Shown here: one piece after another, positions 1 to 9,955 of the stretch
How positions within the stretch are numbered: the first letter of the stretch is position 1
Layout: the number at the start of each line of letters is the position of its first letter
Notes under the pieces: model-generated
The model's database searches: none
What the model saw: only the letters and a program-made list of their open reading frames with translations
Told to the model about the DNA's origin: nothing
From: an uncultured archaeon
GTDB lineage: Archaea; Asgardarchaeota; Thorarchaeia; Thorarchaeales; Thorarchaeaceae
Length of the DNA: 64,000 bases
NCBI GenBank assembly: GCA_964558645.1
Contig: CAZLEV010000002.1
Location: 345,350 to 409,349 of the forward strand
Direction: 5' to 3'
Made by a program: the position numbers and the translations under genes

Positions 1-1610
1 CGGTAGATTCTGTAGTGGGATAGGTCACCCTCTGTGTTAGGATCCCAAGACAGATCGATTCTCGACATACTGACAGTCTGAGCAGTTAGACCAGTGACCT
101 GAGCTGGAGGGGTCGTATCAGGTTCGCTAGTCGAGTTCCAGCTTATGAACGCATCCACACTGTAGTGGTCTGACCCTGTGTCTGCAGTTGGTGTGTCGCC
201 ACAGGTCGAATTGATGAGCTTGTCTGCGAAGAATGAGTTTACAACAATGAAGTCAATGCGGGAGGTATACTCCGGGCTCTGATGGCCATAGGAATAACCG
301 GGGTCGGTCGGATTCAGGGTCCGGAAGACGTCTATGAAGGTATGCAGCGAAGAGGCATACTGACCGTATGTTGGATCTGATGGATAGAGCTTCATCGTCA
401 TCGGTCCATATCCGAGATCACCCATCGGGGCCAAGTCACCTGTGTCATCAGGAGAGAATGAGTTCAAGTCGCCCATGTATATGATGGGCACGTCGCCCAG
501 ATTATCCATATAGTTGATAATTCCCTCAGTCTCACGTTCCCTGCGCCACTCGTTTTCGCTTCCTGACATAGCCTTCAGGTGGGAACCGAAGACATGGATG
601 TATGTGCCGTCGATATCAACCACTGCCTCAATGAAGTCATGGGTGACATCATAGTCTGATCCATCATCCAGTGGGACCAAGGGTAGCTGATTGAACTCTA
701 GAACGGGATATCTCGAGAGAATGGCCTCCCCACTTGTGGAATATGTAATATCTTGAGCGCAATATCCAACGTATGGAATCTCGTCAACAAAGTAGGCATT
801 GAACTCGTCAACAACTGAGTTGAGCGTGTAATTGCCACCATCATCCCATGTGCCAGTCTCAACCAGAATGAGGATATCGGGGTTCTCCTCCTTTACTACC
901 TGCTTCCAGTCAGCATTTGCACCGGAGGCCTCGATGTTGTAGGTCATCACCTTGAATGCATCGTCGGTGGGCTCTGATGACCCAGAGTTGTCCACCGTTA
1001 CGGTCACCGAGTCTGAGCCTGTGAGGCCACCAGTATCTGTGACCTCAGCGAAGACGAGATGACCGCCATCAGAATAAGACGTAGTGTCCCAATCGTAGCT
1101 GAAAGCAGTGGCAACATAGATGTCGTCGATGTAAATGTCGGGCACAAGCGAGTCTTCGTCATCCACAGTGACGGTCACAGTGACGGTCCCTGAAACGATA
1201 GAAGACTGAGCCGGGTTTGTGATTGTGACTGTGGGTGCTGAGTTCTGAGCGCCGTTATCAACTGTGACGGTGATTGAGTCCTCGCCCCAGTTCTTTGAGT
1301 TATCACGAGCACGGCAGGTGATTGAGTGTACAGCATCGGCCTCTTGGGTTGTATCCCAATCATACGATTGAGCTGACCCGCGAAGAACACCGTCGATCAG
1401 AATCTCATACTCTACCACAGGATTCTCATCGGTTGCAGTGAAGGAAACCGTGACCAAGCCAGACACATATGTCCCGTCAGAGGGGGAAGTTATTGTGACT
1501 ATCGGGGGCGTGGTGTCCTTTGGTGGTCTTGCTGCAAGAATCGGAAGTGTGTATGCTAGTGTCAACAAGAAACAGAATCCCAGTATGATACAGGTTTTCT
1601 TAATCCTCAA
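1..1610 (-). CDS. Secreted protein: signal peptide, two Ig-like repeats, endonuclease/exonuclease/phosphatase (EEP) domain, fibronectin type III domain; runs off the left window edge
   Basis: Not in the ORF track because there is no stop in the window. Manual translation from TTG at 1610 gives MRIKKTCIILGFCFLLTLAYTLPILA (signal peptide), DTTPPIVTITSPSDG and NSAPTVTITNP repeats, EEP motifs VMTYNI, ENPDILILVE, MGDLNS, SRIDFI, GSDHY, then Fn3 DTTPPAQVTGL...IDLSWDPN. Confidence 0.85.
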   Translation of the reverse strand, partial: MRIKKTCIILGFCFLLTLAYTLPILAARPPKDTTPPIVTITSPSDGTYVSGLVTVSFTATDENPVVEYEILIDGVLRGSAQSYDWDTTQEADAVHSITCRARDNSKNWGEDSITVTVDNGAQNSAPTVTITNPAQSSIVSGTVTVTVTVDDEDSLVPDIYIDDIYVATAFSYDWDTTSYSDGGHLVFAEVTDTGGLTGSDSVTVTVDNSGSSEPTDDAFKVMTYNIEASGANADWKQVVKEENPDILILVETGTWDDGGNYTLNSVVDEFNAYFVDEIPYVGYCAQDITYSTSGEAILSRYPVLEFNQLPLVPLDDGSDYDVTHDFIEAVVDIDGTYIHVFGSHLKAMSGSENEWRRERETEGIINYMDNLGDVPIIYMGDLNSFSPDDTGDLAPMGDLGYGPMTMKLYPSDPTYGQYASSLHTFIDVFRTLNPTDPGYSYGHQSPEYTSRIDFIVVNSFFADKLINSTCGDTPTADTGSDHYSVDAFISWNSTSEPDTTPPAQVTGLTAQTVSMSRIDLSWDPNTEGDLSHYRIY

Positions 1611-1799
1611 TGTATTATCTCCACAATATCTACGAAATACCTGTAACTCGCCACTGTATGGTCAGTATTAAATCTTGGTTGACCTCTACGTCGCCCCGCC
1701 CTGTTTGGCGCGAAGTAGGATAGTTCCATCACTGCCAAAACAACATCAGCTGAACAGATACAGCCAAGCTCTTATCTCCTGAAACGCCATCGAACAGGT

Positions 1800-2456
1800 A
1801 TGTATTCGTTTGAAGAGATAGACATAGTAGGGCAAGCTGGTGAAGTCCCCAATGAGTATCTGCAGCTGAAGACGGACTCAAACAGATATGCAATCACTTT
1901 TCCGGGTAGAGGCTACACGACTCAGGCCCCCCTGCTATACTACACAAACAGATTCTTGCTTCACAGTGGAATCAACGTCTTGAACATCAACTATGACTAC
2001 TCAAACAATCATGAGTTTGCGGCCAAGAGCCAAGAAGAACAGATGGAGTGGCTAAGAGGTGACGCCCTTGCAGCTTACAGGGCCGCAGAGGAACAGCTGG
2101 ACGCAAGGCCCTATTGCCTAATAGGGAAATCTCTGGGTACGATTGCCCTGGCGTACGTCCTTGACGGAATTCCCTCCTCCCGCAATCTCAGATTCGTCTG
2201 GCATACTCCATTGATTCTGCTGCCTCAGATTCAGAAGGCTCTGAAGGTTTATACGCCAGAGTCATTGTTCGTGATCGGTACGAAAGACCCGCACTACGAT
2301 GAGAGCATACTGTCGGAACTTGTGAAAGAAGTAGACGGCATGAAGGTAGTCATCGAAGGCGCAAACCACGGATTGGAGGTCTCGACTGACCCCAAGGAGC
2401 TCTTGCAGGTCATAGAACAGGTGCTCCGAGGCTTGGAACGGTACTTCGATGCTTGA
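1800..2456 (+). CDS. Alpha/beta hydrolase
   Basis: Nucleophile elbow GKSLG, GTKDP Asp, GANH His. Confidence 0.8.
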   Translation: MYSFEEIDIVGQAGEVPNEYLQLKTDSNRYAITFPGRGYTTQAPLLYYTNRFLLHSGINVLNINYDYSNNHEFAAKSQEEQMEWLRGDALAAYRAAEEQLDARPYCLIGKSLGTIALAYVLDGIPSSRNLRFVWHTPLILLPQIQKALKVYTPESLFVIGTKDPHYDESILSELVKEVDGMKVVIEGANHGLEVSTDPKELLQVIEQVLRGLERYFDA

Positions 2457-2490
2457 TGCAACGTACCAAGTTGTTGAAACGTGAACTCCT

Positions 2491-2883
2491 TTACTGTTTC
2501 CCCTTTATCGCCAAGAAATCCTCAAGGAAGAGCAGACCAAATAGCAGGTCACCGGTAACAACCACCAAGACCAGAAGTGATGCCTCCGCAAGGAGGAAAT
2601 AGTACAGCCCAATCACGAAAACCCAGCACTTCTCGAAGATGGCTATCTGGACGAGGCCATGGTTCTCAGCAGTGCTTCTGCTGATGAGGTAGAATCCAAT
2701 ACCGAAACCAAAGACGAGCCCCATGAAGCAATCAAACCACAGCATGGTTGGTGGAATTGTATCCCCTGCCAAGAAGAAATAGCTAATATCTATACGCGGC
2801 AAGGCGAGGAAAACAACAGCGAGAAACCAGTTCCAGACCGCTGCGGCGAGGTACATGTACTTGTGATATCTCTCTCGGTCCAC
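2491..2883 (-). CDS. Small integral membrane protein (about 4 TM), hypothetical
   Basis: Hydrophobic C-terminal part of ORF 2491..3033; GTG at 2883 is my preferred start. Confidence 0.6.
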   Translation of the reverse strand: MDRERYHKYMYLAAAVWNWFLAVVFLALPRIDISYFFLAGDTIPPTMLWFDCFMGLVFGFGIGFYLISRSTAENHGLVQIAIFEKCWVFVIGLYYFLLAEASLLVLVVVTGDLLFGLLFLEDFLAIKGKQ

Positions 2884-3135
2884 GTGAATCCCTTCGGAGG
2901 GGGCAATGGCATATCCTAGATATAACTCCAGTGCCTCTACAAGGAGACCAGGGAGCGAGGGATTCATCTCTGAATCAACAGACGGACGCCATATCTCTCC
3001 TTTCCAGAGAACATCCAACCGTAAATGGGCCATGGGCTTGACGAAATCGTGTTTGATCTACAGAGATTCACAGAAGAATGAGATATCATAGAGTCCCAAA
3101 ACGCCGACTATGTGATGAGCGGATTCTAAAGAGAT

Positions 3136-4062
3136 TCAGAGAAGTATCTGCATGTGCTTTGCAGTTGAAAGGTTATTCTTAGGTGCTTCAAGTTTCGGAT
3201 CCAGTTTCAGGGCACGATTGAAGCACTCTATGGCACGTTTGACCTCACCCTTTTCTCGCAGTAACACACCCAGGTTATTCCATCCTCGGGGGTCATCAGG
3301 AGCGGACGCAGTATACTCTTCCATAAAGGGAAGGGCAGCAGACCAGCGCTCCATGAACCAAAGGCTGTTTGCCAAACGTAGAAGAACAAGAGGACGGTCC
3401 CAATCAATGGCAAGGCACAGTCTGTAGAACTCGATTGCACGTTCGTAGTTTTCTGCTTCGTAGCAGATATCCCCCACCTTCGCTGCGGCGTCGCAAGAGT
3501 CAGAATCGAGCTCCATGGCCACATTCAGACTGATACAGGCCGCGTTGTATTGCGACTTACGTGCCTGACAGATGCCTCTCATCTCCCATACCTCGGCCAC
3601 ATCATCGTCCAGTTCAATGATTGAGGAGGTTGTTCTCAGAACCTTACTGCATAAGTTCAACCTGAATGCAGTCCGGGCCAGAATGAGAAGAGTATCGAGA
3701 TTATCTCCACCCTTCTTGGTGTAGTCCTCAAGGACGGAGAGGGCCTCCTCAAGACAACCCTCCGAGTACTCCAGATTGCCCAGATATGCAAGAGAGGATA
3801 TCCTTTCAGAGTTCAAGGAAACAGCTCTTTGCAGACATTCTCGCGCACGACTAGCTTCCCCTGTTCTAATCGAGAGAACTCCGAGTTGTTCCCAGGCCTC
3901 ATCATAGGAGGGAGATAACCTCACTGCTTCTTGGAGCGAATCAATAGCTGCATCTATCTGGTCAAACTGATGGAATTGCATCGCTCGTTGATAGTAAGCT
4001 GCTGCCTCTTCCCTTTGTTCCTCATGCACGTCCATCCAACATCCATCCCGGGAACTATGCAC
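3136..4062 (-). CDS. Tetratricopeptide repeat protein
   Basis: Multiple 34-aa TPR units, e.g. WNNLGVLLREKGEVKRAIECFNRALKLDP. Confidence 0.9.
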   Translation of the reverse strand: MHSSRDGCWMDVHEEQREEAAAYYQRAMQFHQFDQIDAAIDSLQEAVRLSPSYDEAWEQLGVLSIRTGEASRARECLQRAVSLNSERISSLAYLGNLEYSEGCLEEALSVLEDYTKKGGDNLDTLLILARTAFRLNLCSKVLRTTSSIIELDDDVAEVWEMRGICQARKSQYNAACISLNVAMELDSDSCDAAAKVGDICYEAENYERAIEFYRLCLAIDWDRPLVLLRLANSLWFMERWSAALPFMEEYTASAPDDPRGWNNLGVLLREKGEVKRAIECFNRALKLDPKLEAPKNNLSTAKHMQILL

Positions 4063-4386
4063 GGGATTCCCGTGCCCGAGAGCCTCATCGATATCTTCTT
4101 TGCCTGGGTCTTTTATAACTGACTAGCATAATCATATTCTTTACTAGTGCAATTCGAGTTCAGTATAGGAGAGTTTGCACCAGTAGGAGCACACTCTTTG
4201 GCCTCATAAGCCATCCAATGTCACATGGCATCAACTGTCTCTCTCCCCACACTCCACCTAGAGATGCACGATAGACTTACATAATATTTTATCGCATCTC
4301 CTATTAGAACGGGTCTGAACCGAACCTGCTCGTTGATGCCTGAATAAGGCATTGCCGCCACAAAGACCCAGTCTAGACCCCACCGA

Positions 4387-4773
4387 ATGGAGTGTTCTTG
4401 CCAGATGAAATCACAAGTAGCCGGGAGCTTGGATGAAGTGCAAGCGTGCAAATGCGGTAGGTGTGGATGTGTCGTTGTATACTCCGGAAACCATTGTATA
4501 TTCTGTGAAATGACAATCGAGATGGTATGCGATCTTCTCAAGGAGTTCTCTATGGGGGTTGAGGGTGTGGTGATTGTTGATATTGAGAAAGGATGCAGTT
4601 GTGGATGCTCGGCGGAGGTGACAGCTCTGCCTGCAGTGAGAGTTTGTGACCAAACAGTCGTTGGACTCCCGGACAGGACAAGCCTCAGAGAATTGCTGAT
4701 TAATGCGATGATGAGCGACTGCTTCCATCAGACTTGGGACTTGATGGCGCTCCACTGTTCCCCACAAGTATAA
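4387..4773 (+). CDS. Cys-rich thioredoxin/glutaredoxin-like protein
   Basis: VVVYSGNHCIFC CxxC after a beta strand, cis-Pro-like TALPAV, many extra Cys. Confidence 0.5.
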   Translation: MECSCQMKSQVAGSLDEVQACKCGRCGCVVVYSGNHCIFCEMTIEMVCDLLKEFSMGVEGVVIVDIEKGCSCGCSAEVTALPAVRVCDQTVVGLPDRTSLRELLINAMMSDCFHQTWDLMALHCSPQV

Positions 4774-4789
4774 GACTGACCAGGTCTCA

Positions 4790-5245
4790 TTAGAAATCGA
4801 GTCTCAGAGTTTCCCACTTCACTCTGCCGGCCTCTACAGCCTCCTTAATCCGTCGCTCAGTCTTGTTCAGAGAAGCGTTACCAGTCTTTATGTCGGCAAG
4901 AACTACCGTTATTGGCCTGTCAAGGTTACCGTCCTTCACGGCAGTATACCCGTCGAAGATAAGATAGTCGATAGGAGCGCCGATGAATCGTGCATCAGAG
5001 GGATCATAGCGAAATATGTCGCTCAGTAATGGAACCATGTGTTCGGCAATCTTTCCCTTCAACACGTAGCGACTTCTGTTCGCGGCGTCTTTTCGTATCG
5101 AGGACTCCTGCTCCGCCCATAGCTGTCTGAACTCAGCCTCTACAACATCGATTCGTTGACGGAGGCGCATCTTCATGGCAAAATAGACGACCACTGCAAC
5201 TAGCAATCCAGCGACGAGTCCAAGAATCATATCCTCAATAGGCAT
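4790..5245 (-). CDS. Membrane-anchored Holliday junction resolvase-like endonuclease (COG4741 type)
   Basis: N-terminal TM helix, GKIAEHMVP, RFIGAPIDYLIFDG, ADIKTG PD-(D/E)xK motif. Confidence 0.8.
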   Translation of the reverse strand: MPIEDMILGLVAGLLVAVVVYFAMKMRLRQRIDVVEAEFRQLWAEQESSIRKDAANRSRYVLKGKIAEHMVPLLSDIFRYDPSDARFIGAPIDYLIFDGYTAVKDGNLDRPITVVLADIKTGNASLNKTERRIKEAVEAGRVKWETLRLDF

Positions 5246-5556
5246 GACTCTATGTCATGCTGCGAGAATATAATCCCCCGTAATTGTCAGATATTCGCTG
5301 GGCATTATGTGAACCAAGAGAGGACCGAAATCCCATCCATTTGGTCGGGAGAATTGGCGATGGCTGCGAACTCCTGACTGTGAAATATCCGAGTTCTCAC
5401 ACTCATGGACCTTGGCCCGAAACTATCGATACGGAGAGTCTGGAGTGGGGATTTGGAAGAGAATGATGACTGAAGGAACCACTTCAAAGGATTGAGATAG
5501 AGATATGAAGAGCACGACTTAAGAGCATTGAAACACTGAATCACTGATGATTTCCG

Positions 5557-6600
5557 ATGCCCAGTGACGTGTTTGAAACTCTGAAGCTGCTGTCAGAAAC
5601 ACCTGGTCCCGTAGGACGTGAGGAAGAGGTCCAGAAGAAGTTCATCTCTCATATTGAACCATATTGTGGAAAGATAAGACAGGATAAGATTGGGAATGTA
5701 GTCGCAACACTGGCGGGCTCAGAGAAGCATTTTGCCATTGTGGCTCATGCTGATGAGGTGGGCTTCCTTATTTCAGCGATTGATTCGAACGGGTTCATGA
5801 AAACAAAGTGGAACACGCAGGGCTACATGCCAGACCTGAGATTGCTGCCAGGTCAGCGAGTTCTCATCATGACTGATCAGGGGCAAGTACCTGGCTGTTT
5901 CTGCGTCAAGACTGCCCACATTGCAGGAGCAAAGGGAAAGAAGAAGATTCCCGACTACGATGAGATCTTTCTTGATGCAGGGGAAGACTCAGATGTGGAC
6001 ATAGCAGAGCGGGGGATTAGGATTGGAGACCCCGCAATCTATGATACTAGCTTGCAGCAGATTGGGAAGAACTGGGTTGGCAAGGCGATAGATGACCGTG
6101 TGGGGCTTACAGTCATGATAGAGCTTGCAGGAAGACTCTCAGGACTGGAAATCAGTCAACGGCCCACTGTCACGTTCGTGAGCACTGTCATGGAAGAACT
6201 CGGAGCCAAGGGCGCTGCCGCTGTAGCCGACGGACTGGATGTTGACGGAGTCATTGTCCTTGACATAGGTCTTGCAGACGACTACCCGGGAACCTGTGGG
6301 GAGGCGAATGTAGCGCTGGGAGAAGGCCCTGTCGTTGTTGTGAAAGATAACCAGATGCACTACTCACACCATCTCAATAAGCTAGTCTACCAGGCCGCAC
6401 AGAACAGGGGCATACCCGTGCAACGCGCAGTCTATCACAACTACGCAACGGACGGTCAGAAGATTGCAAGCAGGGGGCAGAGAGTTTCTGCGATTGGTGT
6501 TCCCTGCAGGTACTCTCACAGTAGCTTTGAAACCATCGATCCAGAGGACCTTGATTGGACAATTCAGCTGGTAGAAGAGCTCCTTATGAGCAGGGCGTAG
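5557..6600 (+). CDS. M42 family aminopeptidase (TET-like)
   Basis: AHADEVG, GKAIDDR, MEELG, RYSHS metal-binding motifs. Confidence 0.9.
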   Translation: MPSDVFETLKLLSETPGPVGREEEVQKKFISHIEPYCGKIRQDKIGNVVATLAGSEKHFAIVAHADEVGFLISAIDSNGFMKTKWNTQGYMPDLRLLPGQRVLIMTDQGQVPGCFCVKTAHIAGAKGKKKIPDYDEIFLDAGEDSDVDIAERGIRIGDPAIYDTSLQQIGKNWVGKAIDDRVGLTVMIELAGRLSGLEISQRPTVTFVSTVMEELGAKGAAAVADGLDVDGVIVLDIGLADDYPGTCGEANVALGEGPVVVVKDNQMHYSHHLNKLVYQAAQNRGIPVQRAVYHNYATDGQKIASRGQRVSAIGVPCRYSHSSFETIDPEDLDWTIQLVEELLMSRA

Positions 6601-6669
6601 ATTGAATATCCTAGTCACACCATACCTGATATAAAGCAGACACAGCAGCACATCATCTGGGAACTTATC

Positions 6670-7800
6670 GTGAAGACCGAAACCATTCAGGTCATGGCCG
6701 GAGCAGCAAGCCTTGCTGCATTCACATATGTCCCAATACTGGCTCGAGATGTGCTTGGTCTTAGCGAGTTCTATGTTACTCTCCTAGTAGGATCGTATGG
6801 TGCAGCCGGATTCGTTTCAAGCTATATCTTCGGGAGAGCAGGAGATATCTATGGGCGCAGAATTATACTGCGTTTTGGACTTCTCATGGGGACCATGAGT
6901 TTCGGACTTTTGTGCCTAGCTTCGAATCCGGAGATTCTCTTCATTGTGAGAACGCTGAATGGGTTTGCCATAGGCATGTATCCAGGAGCGCTAGCTGCGT
7001 ATGCATACGATTCCAAAATGAAGATGGGGAGGTTTGCATCATTTGGCGCCCTTGGATGGGGATTTGGAACTGTGCTTGCCGGTTATGCAGCCGGACTCAA
7101 CATATATTACGCCTTCCTGGTATCGTCACTGTTCTTCATGGTTGCATTTGCCAGCGCCCTGACTCTCCCCACGGTACAAGAGATACAGATTGATGTCCCC
7201 CGATTTCCCGTTGAAACCATCAGACAAAACGCACCAGTCTATCTCGCAGTACTGATACGCCACAGTAGCGCCTTTGCCCTCTGGACACTCTGGCCACTCT
7301 TCCTGCTAGACCTCGGAGGAACCCTCTTCACGATTGGACTTGTTCAAGCAACGAACTCCATCGCCCAAGTCGTGTTCATGGTCGGGATAACTGATAGGAT
7401 GGAGAAACAACATCTCTTACCTTTGGGACTCCTCAGCACCGGAGCCACATTCGCATGGTTTGCATTGGTGACGGACATATACCAGATATTCCCAGCTCAG
7501 GTCTTGCTTGGATTCTCGTGGGCATGTCTGTATGTTGGAGCCCTCAAGTACGTGACCGAAGAGAACGAAGAACGTGCAACCGCATCGGGTATACTGACGT
7601 CCGTCATGTCCATGGCACAGGTCATTGGCCCAGCTATTGCTACAGTTCTCTACTTCATCTGGCCGGGATACACAGCGATTCTGCTCTTTGGCGTTGGAAT
7701 GTCAGTGATCGCATCGCTTGTTTTCATGGTAGCCAACAGAAGAAGAGACCTGAGACCGGGACGTCAGCTTGCAGACCACGAGGTCATTACTTCACGGTAG
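6670..7800 (+). CDS. MFS transporter
   Basis: About 12 TM helices, motif A GRAGDIYGRR. Confidence 0.88.
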   Translation: MKTETIQVMAGAASLAAFTYVPILARDVLGLSEFYVTLLVGSYGAAGFVSSYIFGRAGDIYGRRIILRFGLLMGTMSFGLLCLASNPEILFIVRTLNGFAIGMYPGALAAYAYDSKMKMGRFASFGALGWGFGTVLAGYAAGLNIYYAFLVSSLFFMVAFASALTLPTVQEIQIDVPRFPVETIRQNAPVYLAVLIRHSSAFALWTLWPLFLLDLGGTLFTIGLVQATNSIAQVVFMVGITDRMEKQHLLPLGLLSTGATFAWFALVTDIYQIFPAQVLLGFSWACLYVGALKYVTEENEERATASGILTSVMSMAQVIGPAIATVLYFIWPGYTAILLFGVGMSVIASLVFMVANRRRDLRPGRQLADHEVITSR

Positions 7801-8542
7801 CTTTCACAAACCAGTAGTCCTGTTCTCGGCCACCTGTACCTGAAACAGTGGGTGTGATGTCTATTATCACAAACTCTGAACTCAATAACTCTCGAATCTC
7901 ACTCGCGGAGAAAGCATAAGGCTGGGAATCAGGCTTCGGATGCCTCGGCCCTCGTACAATCGCGAGATACATCCCATCAGGATTCAGATAACCAGCCACA
8001 GAGTCAATGTATTTCTTCCTGAGACTCGGAGGTAGTGTCTGTAGAAAGGATCTCTCGAAGACATAGTCGTATTTGGAATAAGGTAACTCAACATCATCCA
8101 TGAAATCGCCGACCACGGTATGAATCGAGATATCCATCTTCTCAGCGTTCTCTCGGATCTTGCTGATAGCTGCTGAGGAGATGTCTACTGCAGTAACATC
8201 AAAACCATTTGCAGCCAGAAAGAGAGCATTCTCGCCGTTACCTGCCCCGGGCTCTAGTAACGTGCCCGGGGTGATTGCTTCATTCTTCGTGAGGCTCACT
8301 ACTACCGGATGAGGGAGACCTGTTGACCAGGGTAGTTTTTCTCGTTCGTAGGCGATTGCATTTGCCATAAACGCCATGCATGAATAGTGGGCAAGCCCTT
8401 CTTCTCCAGTCATGTCCGCCACCCAGCCCCTGACGGGTACCGGCGGATCCTCCTCTGTGAAGGGGACATCACATAGAACACATCGCCCTTTGTTTTCGTG
8501 GTTCATCTTAGCTCTTTCCAAGTCATGGGGTGTCGTAGACAT
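7787..8542 (-). CDS. Class I SAM-dependent methyltransferase (TPMT/TehB-like) with N-terminal Zn-finger-like extension
   Basis: LEPGAGNG motif I, VDISSAAI, YDYVFERS; N-terminal CVLC...HYSC. Confidence 0.8.
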   Translation of the reverse strand: MSTTPHDLERAKMNHENKGRCVLCDVPFTEEDPPVPVRGWVADMTGEEGLAHYSCMAFMANAIAYEREKLPWSTGLPHPVVVSLTKNEAITPGTLLEPGAGNGENALFLAANGFDVTAVDISSAAISKIRENAEKMDISIHTVVGDFMDDVELPYSKYDYVFERSFLQTLPPSLRKKYIDSVAGYLNPDGMYLAIVRGPRHPKPDSQPYAFSASEIRELLSSEFVIIDITPTVSGTGGREQDYWFVKATVK

Positions 8543-8841
8543 TTGAACAGGAACGCGGCACCCTTATAGATACATGGGCGAGTGACGGAAAATAGTAAAG
8601 TTCCCCCTTTTTTCTTCGAATCTGTCCAAGTTTCTTCTCTGCAAGTGAACACTCTTCTGAAAGACTATCATGGTAGGACACGGGAGCACGGTCATATAGA
8701 TGAGCGCATGGAGTCTCAGAAGATTCTCGCGCGGATCAGAAGGGCCTAGAATCATGATGACAGGTCTTCACACAAGGAAAACCATTTGTAACTTCGTGTG
8801 CAACACACCCGTGATTATCTGCTAAGCGATGAGGGTGTTAT

Positions 8842-9843
8842 TTGAGCCGTAGAGTGCTAATCAGTTACGCAATCAGAGCAATCGGGCTCTTCTTGTTCGT
8901 CTACATAGTCATGAGTATCGACATTCAGCGAATGGTTGTATTAGCACTCGATTTGGACTTGGCCGTGCTCCTCGTGATGATATCGATTGTCGCCGCTATA
9001 GTTATTCTGAGAGGTATAAGGTGGCAAGTTCTTGGTGAAGAGATGGGATTGTGTTTCACAAAAAGAGAGGCTGTTGATGCGCTCTGTGTGTCTCAAGTGA
9101 CTGGTCTGGTCCTGCCCGGAGCCCTCGGGGATCTGATTCGCGTTCCCTATCTTACTTCGAGGGGAAATTCAACGGATGTCGCAACTCTCAGCATTCTTGT
9201 AGATGCGATAACAGCATCTGTCATTCCCTATTCTGTGGCCATACTTGCCCTCATCCAGATCTTTGAAATCCCTGTCACCGTGAGTTCGCTCTTGATTCCC
9301 ATTCTCTGGATTGGAGGACTCTATCTAGTCTACAGAGTTCTGAAGGCAACCTTGTGGCCATGGATAGTAACAGCACGGCTCAGGAAACTGATGACCTCCG
9401 GAATCACCGGCAACGTTCTCTTCGATATACCTGCCACAATTCGGTCTATCGGACTGAAGAAGACAGGACTTGCGATAATCCTAGCAGCAAGCTCGTGGTT
9501 TCTGTATACGGTGCAAGGATACCTCCTTGCAGCTGCGATGGGGTTGAACATAACATGGAACTATCTAGCAATCTCTCTGAGTGTTTCAATAATGCTCACA
9601 GCAATCCCCGTCTCGATAGTTGGTCTGGGAATTCGAGAGGGAACTCTGCTGTTTATGTTCGGACTCGTGGGCATTGAGGCGGTGACTACGGTCGCATTCT
9701 CACTAACTCTTCTCGTGACATCTCTGACTCCGTCCATTGCAGGCATCATTAGCTGGATGAGGGATCCGTTTCTAGATGCGGAAACCCATCCCATGAGTCT
9801 CTCACTAGGAGCAAGTCGTCCAGCCAATTCTGAACATGAGTAA
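8842..9843 (+). CDS. Lysylphosphatidylglycerol synthase TM domain / flippase-like protein (UPF0104)
   Basis: RGIRW, LPGALGDLIR, PVSIVGLGIREG motifs, polytopic. Confidence 0.85.
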   Translation: MSRRVLISYAIRAIGLFLFVYIVMSIDIQRMVVLALDLDLAVLLVMISIVAAIVILRGIRWQVLGEEMGLCFTKREAVDALCVSQVTGLVLPGALGDLIRVPYLTSRGNSTDVATLSILVDAITASVIPYSVAILALIQIFEIPVTVSSLLIPILWIGGLYLVYRVLKATLWPWIVTARLRKLMTSGITGNVLFDIPATIRSIGLKKTGLAIILAASSWFLYTVQGYLLAAAMGLNITWNYLAISLSVSIMLTAIPVSIVGLGIREGTLLFMFGLVGIEAVTTVAFSLTLLVTSLTPSIAGIISWMRDPFLDAETHPMSLSLGASRPANSEHE

Positions 9844-9955
9844 GAACTGTCATGCCGAGAGAGATTGCGAGAAAGCATGTCTTTGATAACAGAGACAGGA
9901 TGTCTATAGATCAGACAGTTGCATCGTCAGGAGAAGACCTCGGAGATTATCGACG

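Noticed and set aside
5284-5544. Short ORFs and TGATGA...TGA run as a possible selenoprotein or C/D RNA
   Set aside because: No redox motif context, SECIS-like hairpin or paired box D evident.
8560-8825. Possible third, decayed copy of the element (CAGGT...TTGTAA...GATTATCTG)
   Set aside because: Only scattered short matches with gaps, no conserved GGAACGCAGAAG block and no clear direct repeat.
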